A DNA stretch of 64,000 nucleotides from Mayamaea pseudoterrestris. Its lineage: Eukaryota. Shown in pieces: positions 50,093 through 62,300 of the stretch. A program made the position numbers and the translations under genes. The notes under the pieces were generated by a model. The model saw nothing but the letters and a program-made list of their open reading frames with translations. It was not told the DNA's origin and made no database searches. The stretch's first letter is position 1. Every line of letters begins with the position of its first letter. The DNA is taken from contig BROI01000027.1 in the NCBI GenBank assembly GCA_027923505.1, forward strand, positions 62,001-126,000, read 5' to 3'.

Positions 50093-50604
50093 CACATCAG
50101 GCAATGAAGAGAAAGTCGCTGCGGTACTCGGTACGACACTAGCTATGTATCGCTAAAGCTATCCATCACAATGGGATTGACAACGTCGGTTGCAGTAGTA
50201 CATTTCACTATTTGCCATCAATCTTAGTTTATATATGTGCATACTATATATGAATATTACTGATTGCAGCTATGTGCAGCAAAAGACAGGTCTTCTGCGA
50301 ATGACGACTCAAAGAACTGCAAATTCAGTGATTGGCTTATCAACAACTCCACAAGATTTACATGCTCTATTTGCCGCCAGTATAAGATCCGCTACCATGT
50401 GACAAACTGCACGAGAGAGAACATAGTGTATCATTATACTGTGGACACCATCCGTTGACTCTCGCCAAGCTGTCTCGCTCGGACTCGCGGCGCCTTGCGC
50501 CTCCTTCTAACTGTTTGACTGCGAAATAGAACAGCACGATGAAAGGCGCATAAGAATGAGCCAATTGAATATATAAAACCTGTATATAAACGGCATGATT
50601 TGAC

Positions 50605-52294
50605 TTACCTTCGACAAAGAATCGATTGACAACCAGGTTCCACTACTGGCGGTTTGGCGCCACCTCCAGTCGCCTTTGGCTTTGCCTTGCAGACCCCAGC
50701 TTGGCAGGTCAAGCCGCTGCAGCAGTTTAGGTTGCGGACGCAAGTTGCTCCTGTAAATTTGCAAGCTGGCGCAGTACTCGAGCATTTGCCTACTGTTTTG
50801 TTAGTAGATTTGACGCACTGTGAAACTCCGCAACATTCAAATGACTCCCGACAGGTTGCACTGGATGACTTGCACTTCCATGGACTAGCTAATCGAAACT
50901 GCTCGTAAATAGCCAGCATGCGCAAGTTTTGACCGGGTGTAAATTCGCCATGCTCCTCCCAGCATTTGGGTGGGACAAAGTTCATGTCTATAATCAGGCA
51001 GCGTAAAGGTGAGGTGAGAGGCTCGTTTCAAGCGCGCTATGGTATATGACACCACCGTTCAGTACTTACAGTTCGTCACAGGATCATTTCCTGGATCAAT
51101 TAGTGGATTCTTCACGTCGTCACAAGTGTCAATCGTAACATTTTGCCAGCACGTATCCATTCCCGATACTATATCCGAGGTTTGCGTTGCATGAGCCGGC
51201 GTATCCTGCACTCCATCCCCGTCGCTGACCACCATGTTTTCAAACACTCGCTCTTTACTTGTGCAGCCACCAGCATATGTATGCAATAGTCCCATCCAGT
51301 GACCTGCCTCGTGAATGGTATACTGCTGCGTTCCAACCGGGCCGTAGTACTTTGGATGAGGAATGACCAAGCCGTCGACAACATTATTGGCGTTTGTCGG
51401 CCAGGAACTAAAACCTTGCGACTCAACGGCGGCACCATTGGTAGTCACGTACGTGGGACGACAGTAGAAAATGTTAAGTGCATTTGATCCGCTCACGTAC
51501 AAGGGAGTTTTCCATTCGTTTTGGTTGTTGACGGTGCAATTGTGCCAAAAGGCTCCAGTCCGTCGCTGAATGCCCTGCAAAACAAATTGAAAGTTTGTTT
51601 GGTTATAGGCACTATTCATGAGTCGTAGAATTTTCGTTAACTGAACATCTGCCATGGTTCCTTCCGTTTCAGAGAGTGCAAGAACATTGAAAAAGACTGG
51701 AATAATGTAGCGTTTGCTGGTCGATGCCAGGTATCGAAGCAGGCGAACGTTATTGGCGGATGAAGTATTCGAAGCATCAGTTACATTCTCGTCAATGGAA
51801 GGAATATCACTACTGTTGCTCGTCATGTTGATCAAAGCCCAAGTATTGTTCGTTGCCCAATCTTCGACTTCAAAGCTCATTATCCTGAGATCCATTTCAC
51901 TGGGATCATGCGTTCCGCAACTTCTATGAAAGTGAGCCAGACGATGCGGCTTGATTTGACTCGTCGTTGATGTAGTAGTAGAGAAAGGCGGTTCTACAAG
52001 TGCTGTGCTTGATTGATTCCAGGCGAAGGAGGAGGGAGGTGCCGTTGCAATCGCTGATGCATTGGGTTGAGGGGTGGCGAATGATGTGTTCAATTGGTTC
52101 ACAGAGGCAAAAGCATTACTTGCATTAAACGTCGCATTGGATGAAGGATTGAAAACTGTAGTGTTGGTTTGGTCCAATGAGGTGGAGGATAAAGAAATCG
52201 TTCCATTCGTGCTACTAGTATTCAGAAACTCGCCAGCTGCGCTGATTCGAGCAATAAGAGTTGCAGCCAGCAAGCAAACCTCTAGTTGTCTCAT
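50605..52294 (-). CDS. Secreted M43 (pappalysin/ulilysin-like) zinc metalloprotease with Cys-rich C-terminus (intron 50988-51069; a further small 3' exon is possible)
   Basis: Signal peptide, N/S/T-rich region, pro-domain CGT motif, HEAGHWMGLLH, DGVQDTP. The Met-turn NY-MN is restored by an 82-nt intron. The stop codon overlaps a GTAAGT donor. Confidence 0.88.
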
Positions 52295-52975
52295 TGCAGT
52301 AGCAGGGAAGTGGTTATGCAGTAGGAGATCAAGCTATCGACGGCTTGTTGGTTGTCTAAATCGCCTGGTGCCCGGCCAATTTTGTGCAAGACTTTGCGTT
52401 GCGCTCGGTCATTTTCGGCTGTGCGGGGCCGAGATGAGTCATCGAAAAAACCATTCGTGTCAAACAAGACTGCCGAAATGACTCTTAAAGCGCTCGGAGT
52501 GAATCACCATTATCTACACCCCAATCCTTAGCGTTCCGCGACGCACCACTGAAGTGATAGTTAGAGCGAGAGCCTGTAAATGATAGCAAGCTGAACCATG
52601 AGTTTTGGGGTGCTATGACGACCCCATGGTTGGTGAACGACAAGGAGCTCAGGGCGTGACAATATGGTTCTGCAAAGAGGTGCGGGTGCCGCTTTCATTT
52701 AACGCCTATTGACGCCTCTTTATAGGAAGACAACACAACATCGAAGACTTGATTTGATCGCAGGGAGTTGTAATGCAGGAATCGCTTGACTGTGAAAACC
52801 GATGCCAGTTCCTCCTAGCTGTACTGCGAATGACCATGCGTTCGAGCTCGACGTTTGACACGATCGATTTCGAAATTCTGCGCGACCAATCGTCACCATG
52901 AATGAGACTGTCATTACGCCGGCACTTCTATACCAGTGTCGCTTACTTCACAAACATTTTCAACAGAGCAAAACC

Positions 52976-54265
52976 ATGTGTAGGCAAGTTGTTCTTTCAT
53001 GCCTGCTATTCGCCGTGCTCGCAAGAGAATGCTGGAGCCACGAACATCATAACAAGTTTCACGAGCGTCACAAACATGACGGACCGCGCAGCTCGGACGC
53101 TGCTTGCGGAACGCACGATCCTTTGGACTTTGACATGATGCTTATGAATGCACAGGAACAAGCATGGGAGCAAAATAATGCAAATGTGATGGATGACGGA
53201 CAAAGAAACCTTGCAGCGAAACGGGGCTACGTGATTCCAGTCTTTTTCCACGTACTCGCGCAATCTGACAGTCTCGGTACCATGACGAATAAAGGGCTGA
53301 AATTATACATCAAAAACTTGAATCACATATACCGAAATTCCAACTTTCAATTCCAGTTTCAAGGGGTCCAGCGCCGCACAGGAAGTGGTTGGCATTCGTG
53401 CGACTACGATGATCGAGCAAGGTGGATGAGTCGGCTGCATATTTCAGGCACAAATGCGTTGAACATTTACATTTGCAAACCATTCTACACGGCTCCTAAT
53501 GAAAACTACAAGGAATTGTACGGTTTTAGTTCGTGGCCCACCAACGCTGACGAAACCATTGACGGAGTCGCCATTCCGCACGAATACTACTATGGCCGCA
53601 ACGAAAGCATTCAATTTTTGGCGCATGAACTTGGCCACTACTTTGGCTTGCTTCACACATTTGCCAACGGTTGCTCATCGCGACCGCTTGTCTTTGAGGA
53701 CATGCCAATCTCGGATGGAGATGGAGTGCAGGATACGCCGGCGCAAGCGGCTGCAACATGGGAGTATGCTGGATTTGCAACGTGCTGGCAAGCGTCGCAA
53801 CTGGATACTTGCAATGATACATTAATTGATATTGATCCTGGATTGGACCCGGTTTCGAATTACATGAACTATGTCGATCCGGTCTGTTGGGCCAACTACG
53901 GTGAATTTACCAGGGGTCAGAATCGTCGAATGCTGGCCATGTTTGAGCAGTTTCGTTTGTCAAGCCCTTGGACTTGCACGAACGTCGGGGAAAAGTGTCG
54001 CGACTCCTTTGAATGCTGCAGCCCAAGAACTGTTAGCTGCGTCAAGGCGCCTGGAAGGAGAAAGGGCAAGTGCGTAAAAAACTGCGCGAGTGCTGGAGAC
54101 CGCTGCCGGCGTAATTTGGATTGCTGCGGAGAGTTCGTATGTAGCTCTGGAACTTGCGTTCGGTCCGTGAAGCGGGTTAACGACAACAATGGTGGTGGTG
54201 CTGGGGCTGTTGGCGGCGCTGATGATGATGGATGTTTCTCTGTGCTCTGCAATAAAGGCTGGTGA
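52976..54265 (+). CDS. Secreted M43 zinc metalloprotease paralog with Cys-rich C-terminus (a small 3' exon is possible)
   Basis: Signal peptide from the ATG at 52976, CGTHDP, HELGHYFGLLH, DGVQDTP, NYMNY and two C-C-CC-C modules. The stop codon overlaps a GTGAGT donor. Confidence 0.9.
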   Translation: MCRQVVLSCLLFAVLARECWSHEHHNKFHERHKHDGPRSSDAACGTHDPLDFDMMLMNAQEQAWEQNNANVMDDGQRNLAAKRGYVIPVFFHVLAQSDSLGTMTNKGLKLYIKNLNHIYRNSNFQFQFQGVQRRTGSGWHSCDYDDRARWMSRLHISGTNALNIYICKPFYTAPNENYKELYGFSSWPTNADETIDGVAIPHEYYYGRNESIQFLAHELGHYFGLLHTFANGCSSRPLVFEDMPISDGDGVQDTPAQAAATWEYAGFATCWQASQLDTCNDTLIDIDPGLDPVSNYMNYVDPVCWANYGEFTRGQNRRMLAMFEQFRLSSPWTCTNVGEKCRDSFECCSPRTVSCVKAPGRRKGKCVKNCASAGDRCRRNLDCCGEFVCSSGTCVRSVKRVNDNNGGGAGAVGGADDDGCFSVLCNKGW

Positions 54266-54791
54266 GTATTGTCGCCATGCATCATCGGGTTGAATTTATT
54301 GGGCCGACAACGACAGACACTGGCACATCGCACACCAAGCTTCTCTCACATGCTTTTTAAGACAGATGAGACAGATGACTTTAAGAATCATCCCAACGTA
54401 TGTTGCAGTGACAACCAGCTGCGATGTGCCGTCATTGGTGTGTTTGCTAATGCCCTGCAGCTGAGTACTCTCTGAGGTATTTCACGATCGGAAAATTGAA
54501 ACTAGACCAGACCTTTGTGATTTGATATTAAAGTAGCTATATCGTTGATGCTTCGTACACGTATTAGTGAAAGTGATGTAGTGGCTGGAATATCGAGCCG
54601 GCAAGGTGCCTTCAAACATTGAGGTATTGCTCAGTCCATTCGGCGACCTATCTTAATTAGCATCAACTCGTGGCGCGGCGTCATGCAAAGATGTTCTTTC
54701 TTGCTCGAGAAAGCAGCGCCTATCATTCAAAGGCTTTATATCTCAGTCGGTACAAACGCTACTGGGTTGTACAACATTTATTAATAAGGCA

Positions 54792-56486
54792 TTAGAGCGA
54801 AAAGCCAAATGTGAAGGCAGCGTCCTCTTTGGCATTCGTCATGATGCTCTTCGATCCCAATTGTTCTGCGCCAACAATGTTCAGCCCATTATTCTCATTC
54901 TCGCCGACCTCGACGACTTTGTCTCTCCATGCATCGCATGCCCACGCGTCGTTCTGCAGCGCCTCGTCAATCAGTTTCGGATACTTCTTTTTCAACTCAT
55001 CAACAAACTCGTCGTACAAGTGCTCTGGCTTGATACTTTCCGGGCGATCGCGGCAGCCCGATACCTGGTCGTTTCGTTCGCGAATAAATTTCAAAACACT
55101 CGACAAGTTGCTGCCACTACAGTAATTGTGCGTCACGGCAATGTTCGTCTCGTCCAAGTTGATTACCAAGTGCCAGTATCCGTGTGGAACAAAGACCACG
55201 TCTCCAGGAAAGGCAGTGAACTCAATAGGCCGCTTGTCTAATGGAGCATTCGTTAGTCGCTTCACGTGTTCATCATAAAACTGGAGCAACCATTCACCCA
55301 ATGAAAGTGGCAATGTAACTTCATCTCCATCATCGCTCGGCATGACACCAGGTGGCGTGACTCCGGGCGGGTAAAAGATCCAACGCTTCCTGCCAACAAT
55401 GGTTGCATTCCAAGCGTGCGTCGCGTTCGGGTCAATGTGAAAGACGGATCCACTTCGGCGCGGCCCGCAAATGAGCCACGTGTGATCCGGTCTACGTCCC
55501 TCTCCAAGCACTTTGAACAAGTCATGAGTCGTATCAGTGCGTTCTGGATCCCAGTATGGACAATCTCTTTGCAAGTCGAGCATGTAATCCTTCCAAAGCA
55601 CTGATCGAGGTTGTAGCGCGGTGCGATCAAACAAGTATACGGGTCCTTCCTCGAGCGATTCAGATCTGCAGTATTCTTGATAGGCTTGAAACGTAAAGTT
55701 GGCCGAAAGCGGCGCCGTTCCACTGGTTGCTCGAAAGGTTCGACCATTGGTTTTTTGGAGCAAGTAGTCTTGGTCAGTCCATCGTTTAAATGCGCGCCAC
55801 GACTTGCAGCCCCCTTGGATGACGACTGGGCGATTCTTTGCCTCGTACTCGCGTTCAAATCTTTCAATCGTCATGCTTTTATAATGCACCCGATCAATTA
55901 AAGCGTTATTTAGATTTTCTGAATCGTTTTGCTCAAGCCATTGTTGCGGAATGGAAAAGCTGCGGCAAGCGTGCAGTCGATGAAGGTAATCGCTGTAAAT
56001 TCCTCGCACGCGCAGAGGTTTATGCAAGACAAAATGTTTTTGATTCTGCATACCAACGTAACAATCCTTCCAGGTAGGTCCTGCTTTCGTAATGACTTGA
56101 TTGATTCGTAACACCAAGTCTCTCCACAGCGATGGCTCGTGCGAAACGACGTAAAAGTATTTGCATGATTGTCCGACGCGAGCCAAGGAAGCGCCGTCGC
56201 AATATTCCAAGGCGTTATACCAGCATTCATCCGATAGTAGCTGATTTGGGGATGAGAAATCCTTACTCTCCGCAGCTGCTTGATCAAACAAACGATTCCC
56301 CGATGGCAAGACTCCGTACAGATGAGGTTGAATGGTGCAAAAGTCTGTCGAGGAAACAAAAGCCTTTCGCTTCTTCTTTGTGGCAATAGAAGCGTTTGAA
56401 AATCGAGCCTTTTTCATTGGAGATTTCGACACGGACGAACATTCCATAGTTTCGCTACTGCAGTGCAGACTAGTGATGGTTGGCAT
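54792..56486 (-). CDS. F-box + JmjC (JMJD6-like) 2-oxoglutarate/Fe(II) oxygenase
   Basis: F-box-like LLSDECWYNALEYCDGASLARVGQSCKYFY..LWR. JmjC motifs NRPVVI, YLFD, GPRRSGSVFHIDPNATHAWN..GRKRW and PGDVVFVPHGYWHLVINL (HxD...H triad). Confidence 0.92.
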   Translation of the reverse strand: MPTITSLHCSSETMECSSVSKSPMKKARFSNASIATKKKRKAFVSSTDFCTIQPHLYGVLPSGNRLFDQAAAESKDFSSPNQLLSDECWYNALEYCDGASLARVGQSCKYFYVVSHEPSLWRDLVLRINQVITKAGPTWKDCYVGMQNQKHFVLHKPLRVRGIYSDYLHRLHACRSFSIPQQWLEQNDSENLNNALIDRVHYKSMTIERFEREYEAKNRPVVIQGGCKSWRAFKRWTDQDYLLQKTNGRTFRATSGTAPLSANFTFQAYQEYCRSESLEEGPVYLFDRTALQPRSVLWKDYMLDLQRDCPYWDPERTDTTHDLFKVLGEGRRPDHTWLICGPRRSGSVFHIDPNATHAWNATIVGRKRWIFYPPGVTPPGVMPSDDGDEVTLPLSLGEWLLQFYDEHVKRLTNAPLDKRPIEFTAFPGDVVFVPHGYWHLVINLDETNIAVTHNYCSGSNLSSVLKFIRERNDQVSGCRDRPESIKPEHLYDEFVDELKKKYPKLIDEALQNDAWACDAWRDKVVEVGENENNGLNIVGAEQLGSKSIMTNAKEDAAFTFGFSL

Positions 56487-56944
56487 GTTTGACGCAACAA
56501 AGGAGGCGGAGGTGATGTATGCACAATCAAGCTCACTTTTTCTTTCGCACCCGGTTCGTTTCGTGGTCCTTGTTGAAACGCGTCAGTTGCGATGCGACAT
56601 ATGGCTAAATGAAGGCCTTGAAGGCCATGGTACTGTGCCAACGTAAATCCAAAATCCACTACATACAGCCAATTTATGCATACGAGAGGACCCAATGCTT
56701 TATGCCTTTATTGAAAACATTTAGCAACAAGCCTTATGGAGCGGAGCTAGCTAACAACTCTGTGAAGTCGCCAATCTTTGGAAGTCGATGTGGCACTGCC
56801 GGCTCGTCAATGACGTCACAAAGTTTCCGTGCAAGATCGCGGCGCGGTGGGAATTCGAGGCGGAAGGCTCACACCTAGACCAAAACTGTTGGTCGCTCTC
56901 GGTACCCTCTCAAGTTGCCTGGTCCATCCATTGCAACAACCAAG

Positions 56945-57898
56945 ATGAAGCGCTTCCTCAAGAATCTTACTGGAAAGTCTGATGGCAGCAAGAATGGTAA
57001 TCACAAGCATCCGCAATACCCGTCTCAGCAGAACTATCATCAGCCACAGAATTCACACCAGCAGCAGCAGTCTCCTCCTCGAAGTTACGGAGCATCGCAG
57101 GGTCAGCAGGAGCAGCAGACCGAAGAAAACATTACATATCTCTATCCAAATCATATTGCTCCAGCAGTACTACAAGCGCAGCAGCAACAGCCTCTGCCGC
57201 CGCCACAGTCACAACCCTCGCCTCCTCGGGCCTCTCCTCCCCGACCAACCAATGGAAGCAAGAGTCGCGTCGTCACCACGACGGTTCAGCGCGTGCCTCC
57301 ACCGCCGAAGCAAACGTCCCTTGTTGCTGCGAACGATGCATCATCACCCTCACGAGCAGTGACAAACTACCAGCATACGAATACTCCAACGACTCCAAAC
57401 TCTGCAGCCACACCAGAACAGCAACAACAAGAAGATTCTCCATTCAACGATTCTACTCGCAACTTGGTCAAGCGCTTCATTGCCGACGTGTGGAACCGGG
57501 GCGAGATTGACGTCATTCCCGACGTTTGTAGTCCGCAGTTGCGCTTCAACGGCAACGCCGGTTTCGATCGCATTGGTCACGATGGATTGGCGCGCATGGT
57601 GGCCACCATTCGCGGCGCGCTCGATGACTATCACTGCGAGATTCATAGCATGGTGGTGGAGCATAACAAGGCCTTTTGTCGATTGAGGTTTACTGGCAAG
57701 CATGTTGGAACATTGCTTGGCTATGAGCCAACGCGCAAGGTGGTGGCGTGGATGGGAGCGACTGAGTTTACGTGCTTGAATGGCAAGATTTTAAAGGTTT
57801 GGGAGCTTGGCGATATGAAGAGTTTGGAGGAGCAGCTCATGCCGGATCATGATCGAGATGCGAGGAATGGGACGGGTGCGGATGGAATGGAAATTTGA
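56945..57898 (+). CDS. SnoaL-like/ester cyclase (NTF2-fold) domain protein with a long Q/P-rich N-terminus
   Basis: C-terminal RNLVKRFIADVWNRG..GHDGL..FTGKHVGTLLGYEPTRKVVAWMG..NGKI pattern. First ATG is at 56945. Confidence 0.85.
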   Translation: MKRFLKNLTGKSDGSKNGNHKHPQYPSQQNYHQPQNSHQQQQSPPRSYGASQGQQEQQTEENITYLYPNHIAPAVLQAQQQQPLPPPQSQPSPPRASPPRPTNGSKSRVVTTTVQRVPPPPKQTSLVAANDASSPSRAVTNYQHTNTPTTPNSAATPEQQQQEDSPFNDSTRNLVKRFIADVWNRGEIDVIPDVCSPQLRFNGNAGFDRIGHDGLARMVATIRGALDDYHCEIHSMVVEHNKAFCRLRFTGKHVGTLLGYEPTRKVVAWMGATEFTCLNGKILKVWELGDMKSLEEQLMPDHDRDARNGTGADGMEI

Positions 57899-58761
57899 AA
57901 CGGCACAGAAACCCATGTACAAGTAAATGTTAATTATGTAGCATTAATCCCTTTACCATATTTGTCACTAAACTATTTGTTATCGCTTAACTCAAGGTGA
58001 TATGTAACGCATTGTTTGTCGCTGCTTACCAAATGCAGTCGGTAAAATGTGTCATCTGTGTGTGACATGTACTCGAAGCACATGCAGGCGACTTGCCTTG
58101 CCTTGCCTTGGGGAAACACTTGTACTCTTTCGACTCCGTCTATGTGCACTGGCGCTTATGATCGTGTGCGCCTTTAGATGCGTTTACCTTGCAGCAGTGA
58201 CAAAGCTCCCTTCAAAGTTGTCTTCCACATTTCACAGCCGGTATTGCCGCGAGCTGGTGGCACCCTTGCTGTGTGCTGGCGAATGACCTAAAGTCTTCTC
58301 AGTTTCGTTGTCCTTATGAAAGTGATAAGCTTGTCCACTGACGGATGGCGAAACTTTAGACTCCTTCGATGGAATTCTTGAACCGCATCGACACCACACA
58401 CCACGCGTGCTCCGCCATTGAAACAATCTTGGTTTCCAAACATCATTGCCAAATCGTTTGCGAATTTCCCAGGTAGGGCGATCAACTGAAGAAAAAGCTA
58501 GTGTTCGTTGGCGTGAATGGTTTGGGTGGACGAGGAGGCATTGTTGTCAAGGCGTCGGTCCAGATCCGCTCCGAGCCTGACGAAATGAGCAACACTTTAT
58601 CGACCCTATGAAGCGTTTGCTGGAATAAAATGACGCACGACGCTATCACTCGCCGCCCCTGCATGTACATGATACAAAGGAAACAACGCATCTCTCAATA
58701 TTCCTGCTTGAAGGCTGGCAAGATGCGGAAGATGAAGATTCGACTCGTGTAACAATCGTGT

Positions 58762-58958
58762 GAAACGAGTGCCAGTGAAAACCTCGTCACCAGGCAATAG
58801 TACGAAACGAGTGCCAGTGATAACTACGTCAGAAGGCCATAGTACGAAACGGGTGCCAGTGATAACTACGTCAGAAGGCTATAGTACGAAACGGGTGCCA
58901 GTGAGAACTACGTCACAAGGCAATAGCACGAAACGGGTGCCAGTGAAAACTACGTCAC
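58762..58958. repeat. 42-bp minisatellite, ~4.7 copies
   Basis: gaaacg(a/g)gtgccagtga occurs at 58762, 58804, 58846, 58888 and 58930. Confidence 0.95.
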
Positions 58959-58978
58959 ACGCGTGCTCCGCGAGGCAC

Positions 58979-59141
58979 CACTGTTTGGGATATAGTGCCA
59001 ATAACGTTCAAATCAAAGTTTTTGTACTACTGTTTGAACCACAGTGCCAACAACTTTGGAAATAAAAGTTTTTTGTACTACTGTTTGAGTCACAGTGCTT
59101 TGAAAATCAAAGTTATTGGCAGTACTGTTTGGGACACAGTG
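58979..59141. repeat. ~45-50-bp degenerate repeat, ~4 copies
   Basis: actgtttg....(c/t)a(c/t)agtg occurs at ~58980, 59029, 59080 and 59124; three copies are preceded by aaagtt. Confidence 0.75.
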
Positions 59142-59306
59142 GGTTATTGACGACGTGAGTCGAAGCGACACGAGTGAGCGCTCGCGCTTCATCTCGACGC
59201 CAAGTCTCGACCATGACGATGGTGCCAACAAAGTTGCGCACATTACACTGTAATTTATAGCTGTATTATATACTTAATGTGCACATAAACAATCATCTTG
59301 TCATTC

Positions 59307-62300
59307 ATGAATCCAATAGCGTCTGATTACAAATTCGGCTACAGCAACCCACCATATTACTACGCTGAATCGCAGGGCGGTGCAGCAGCTGATGATGGAT
59401 ATGGTTACGAGCCGCCTTCGTATTACGATTCATCACTAAATTATCAGCAAGATCTGGAATGGAACGAAGCATCAGATCCTGCTATTAACATTGTCGCGGC
59501 AGACCCCGGCTACTTTACTCCAGTCACTTCGCTCCAGGCTTCCTTTGTCGGCGATCCAGTCACTGCAGTCGCCTACAGCGAAACGTACTCGGCAATCCAC
59601 TTGGCATCTGCCGCAAAACCAATGTCGACGAAGCGATTCAATGATCACAAAGCATCCATGCTCGTGACGCAATCGACAGATGATGGGTCCGTCTATAGCT
59701 CCGTGGCTGGACATCCGCAGGCGTCATCCAGTACGCTGGCGGCTGTTTATGATGCATTGTATGGAGCAGCAGTTTCGCCGTCGACGACATTGGCACCTGC
59801 AAGTCGAGCATCAATGACCATTCCGGCGCATGCGTATCGTCCCTACTATGGAGCCGCAGCTGCAGCGTCCCTAACGTTTGATGCAGCCAGTAGCAGCGCC
59901 AAGCAATACAACATTGGCATTCACACTTTGCTGGCGCACTTGCCACAAGCCTACGTGGCGTCTGTGTCTCCATCTGGCGTTCGACTCCATTCCCATGGTG
60001 GCTTTCAGGCGACGGATCGTCACTTGGAAGGCATGCTATGTGGAGCAACCCATCCAAACAGTATGGCGACGCATTTGACAGTGGGTGGAGTTGCTGGTTG
60101 TGAGCAAGGGCAGGCGAGTGGCTACAACATTAGTAAACACAATCAAAACAACTTGAACAATAATCATTTGCTGTGCATGGATATTTGGCAAGGCTTTAGG
60201 ACTGTCGCTTCGCATGATTTGAATCGAAATTCTAAAGCAGGTAATAACAACGACAAAATTGCCGTAACTGCGCTAGCAACGAGTGACACGAACAACAGTC
60301 TCTTGGCAGGCTGCTCGGACGGTCAAGTCCGCATGTTTGACGCGTCGCTACGGCCTTTGGCTACCATCAAGAGTCATGTTGGCGGCGTCACTGCCGTCAC
60401 CGTTTCCGATGATGGAACGCTCATTGCAACGACGGGCTACGGCGCTCGGGCGCGACGAACAACCAACTCGCCTCTGTACGCGTTTCCCGATCCAATGGTT
60501 TTGGTATATGATGTACGCTACTTGGGACGAGGAGGCATTTCGCATGCATTTGCAGCGTCGCGAGGTGGGCCCAGGCATGTCACGTTTCTGCCGAATGTCG
60601 AAGGACTGAGCTCCAATCGCTTGCTCGTGGCAAGTGGACAAGGAGGAGGAGGGATGCAGATTATCGATCCGTTTCAGGAAGCATCAGATCATTCAGCAAA
60701 TTTCATTTTGCCTCCTTTGGATCGGGATGCGATTACCAGTATGTGCACGGCAGATGACGGCCTTGCGCTTGGAACTTCATCGGGTATGGTTTTGCAGTAT
60801 CGCTTGGAAGGAGTTCATGCAACCTCGTCGCTTGGAAAGATACAAGGCGGTGTATTTCTGCCATCAAATTCCATGCAGGCCAGTACATCGTCGGGCACAA
60901 AGCCAGCAGCATTGTCGCCTGGTAAAACCAAAACGCCACTTGTCGCCCCTTCGCTTGTTCCTCCAGCGCCTGCGCTCTCGCTCGGGCCTGAGTTGCTGCA
61001 AAGTCACGACTCGAACATGCGTGTCGGAGCCGACGACAGGATGAGATCTATCTTTTCTGCCTACATTCTCTCTCACGACCCATCGGTCTCGTCGATGGGA
61101 AATCCAAGCAGCAAGCACCTCACGTCTTTTGGACACTTGGCCACTAATCCCCTGGTGGCTCCCTGTCGGCTGAATGTTTTGCCTCAATTCGTGGCGAAAG
61201 GGAGTCATGCAGTTGATTTTCTGCATACGATTGCGACGACGGAGCTGGGAGTAGACGTGTTGGATGATCATCGGCCAGATCAAGTGAAAGAACGAGTCGA
61301 CAATCATCGCGAACCGTTGCCTAACGCAAACAAACTCATGCACACAAGCAAACTGTTCCCTCTGGCTTATGAAGAAAGTCTCATCAGGACAAAAAAGATG
61401 GGGAAGAAGGGCAAAAAGGAGGGGCTTTTAGAGAGCAACGGCGAAGAAATACGTATTCCAGACCGTTATCGACTATTTCTTAGACAAACGCACAAGACAC
61501 CGGCGTCATTCAACCATAGTGCCTACAATGAGACAGGATTTGTTCCTGGTTGGGATTATGCGGCAACAATGCCCAACGCTTTTGTTCCTCCCGTTATAAT
61601 GTTGCTCTACTTCATTCCGGAGGTGAGGCAGATCGTGTCGTCATCGTTAATGATCACACAGGATCGACTCCAAGACGAGCACAGCCTCTTGCCGGAACTC
61701 GGATTTGTGATGGCGCGCATCGACAATATAGCTCGACTTGCCATGCTGTTTCCGCCATCAGCTGGCAGTTCCCCGTCTACGACCCGCGTGGGCGCATGGG
61801 CTCCTACGAACTTCATCTCGTGTTTGTCCGACTTGAAGGAAGCGGAACAATTACAGATTCTTGATGGATCACCTGCCGCAGTTGACTTGCCTCGTCGTCC
61901 GGAAGCATTCTATCGCTTCTTACTTCACCATGTTAACAAAGAGACGTCCACCGGCATGCCCAGGGACCGACTGGAAGATTCCGTCGGTGCCACGTTTCTA
62001 AGTGTAAATCAGTATATAAATGGGTCAGATCCGCCAACGCAGACATCGTCACGTCTCATGACGATTGACTTGTGCTATGACAATTTTCTAAATGCCAACA
62101 GGAAAAACGACAGTCTCCCGACTTTTGCCGACGTTTTGCAAAAGACCCTGTTTCGTGAAACTCGACTCCGAGCTTGGAGTTCCGGTTCGAAGGCGTATGA
62201 AACAATTACTCAACGTAAAGTCATGACGACGCTTCCCAAAATACTGTCCCTCTCGTGCGCCTGCGCTGGCCGCGATTCCGAGCAAGGTCTCAGCCTCTGG

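Noticed and set aside
58047..58797. Cluster of short ORFs between the SnoaL-like gene and the minisatellite
   Set aside because: There is no recognisable motif and I could not build a consistent spliced model. A small or decayed gene cannot be excluded.
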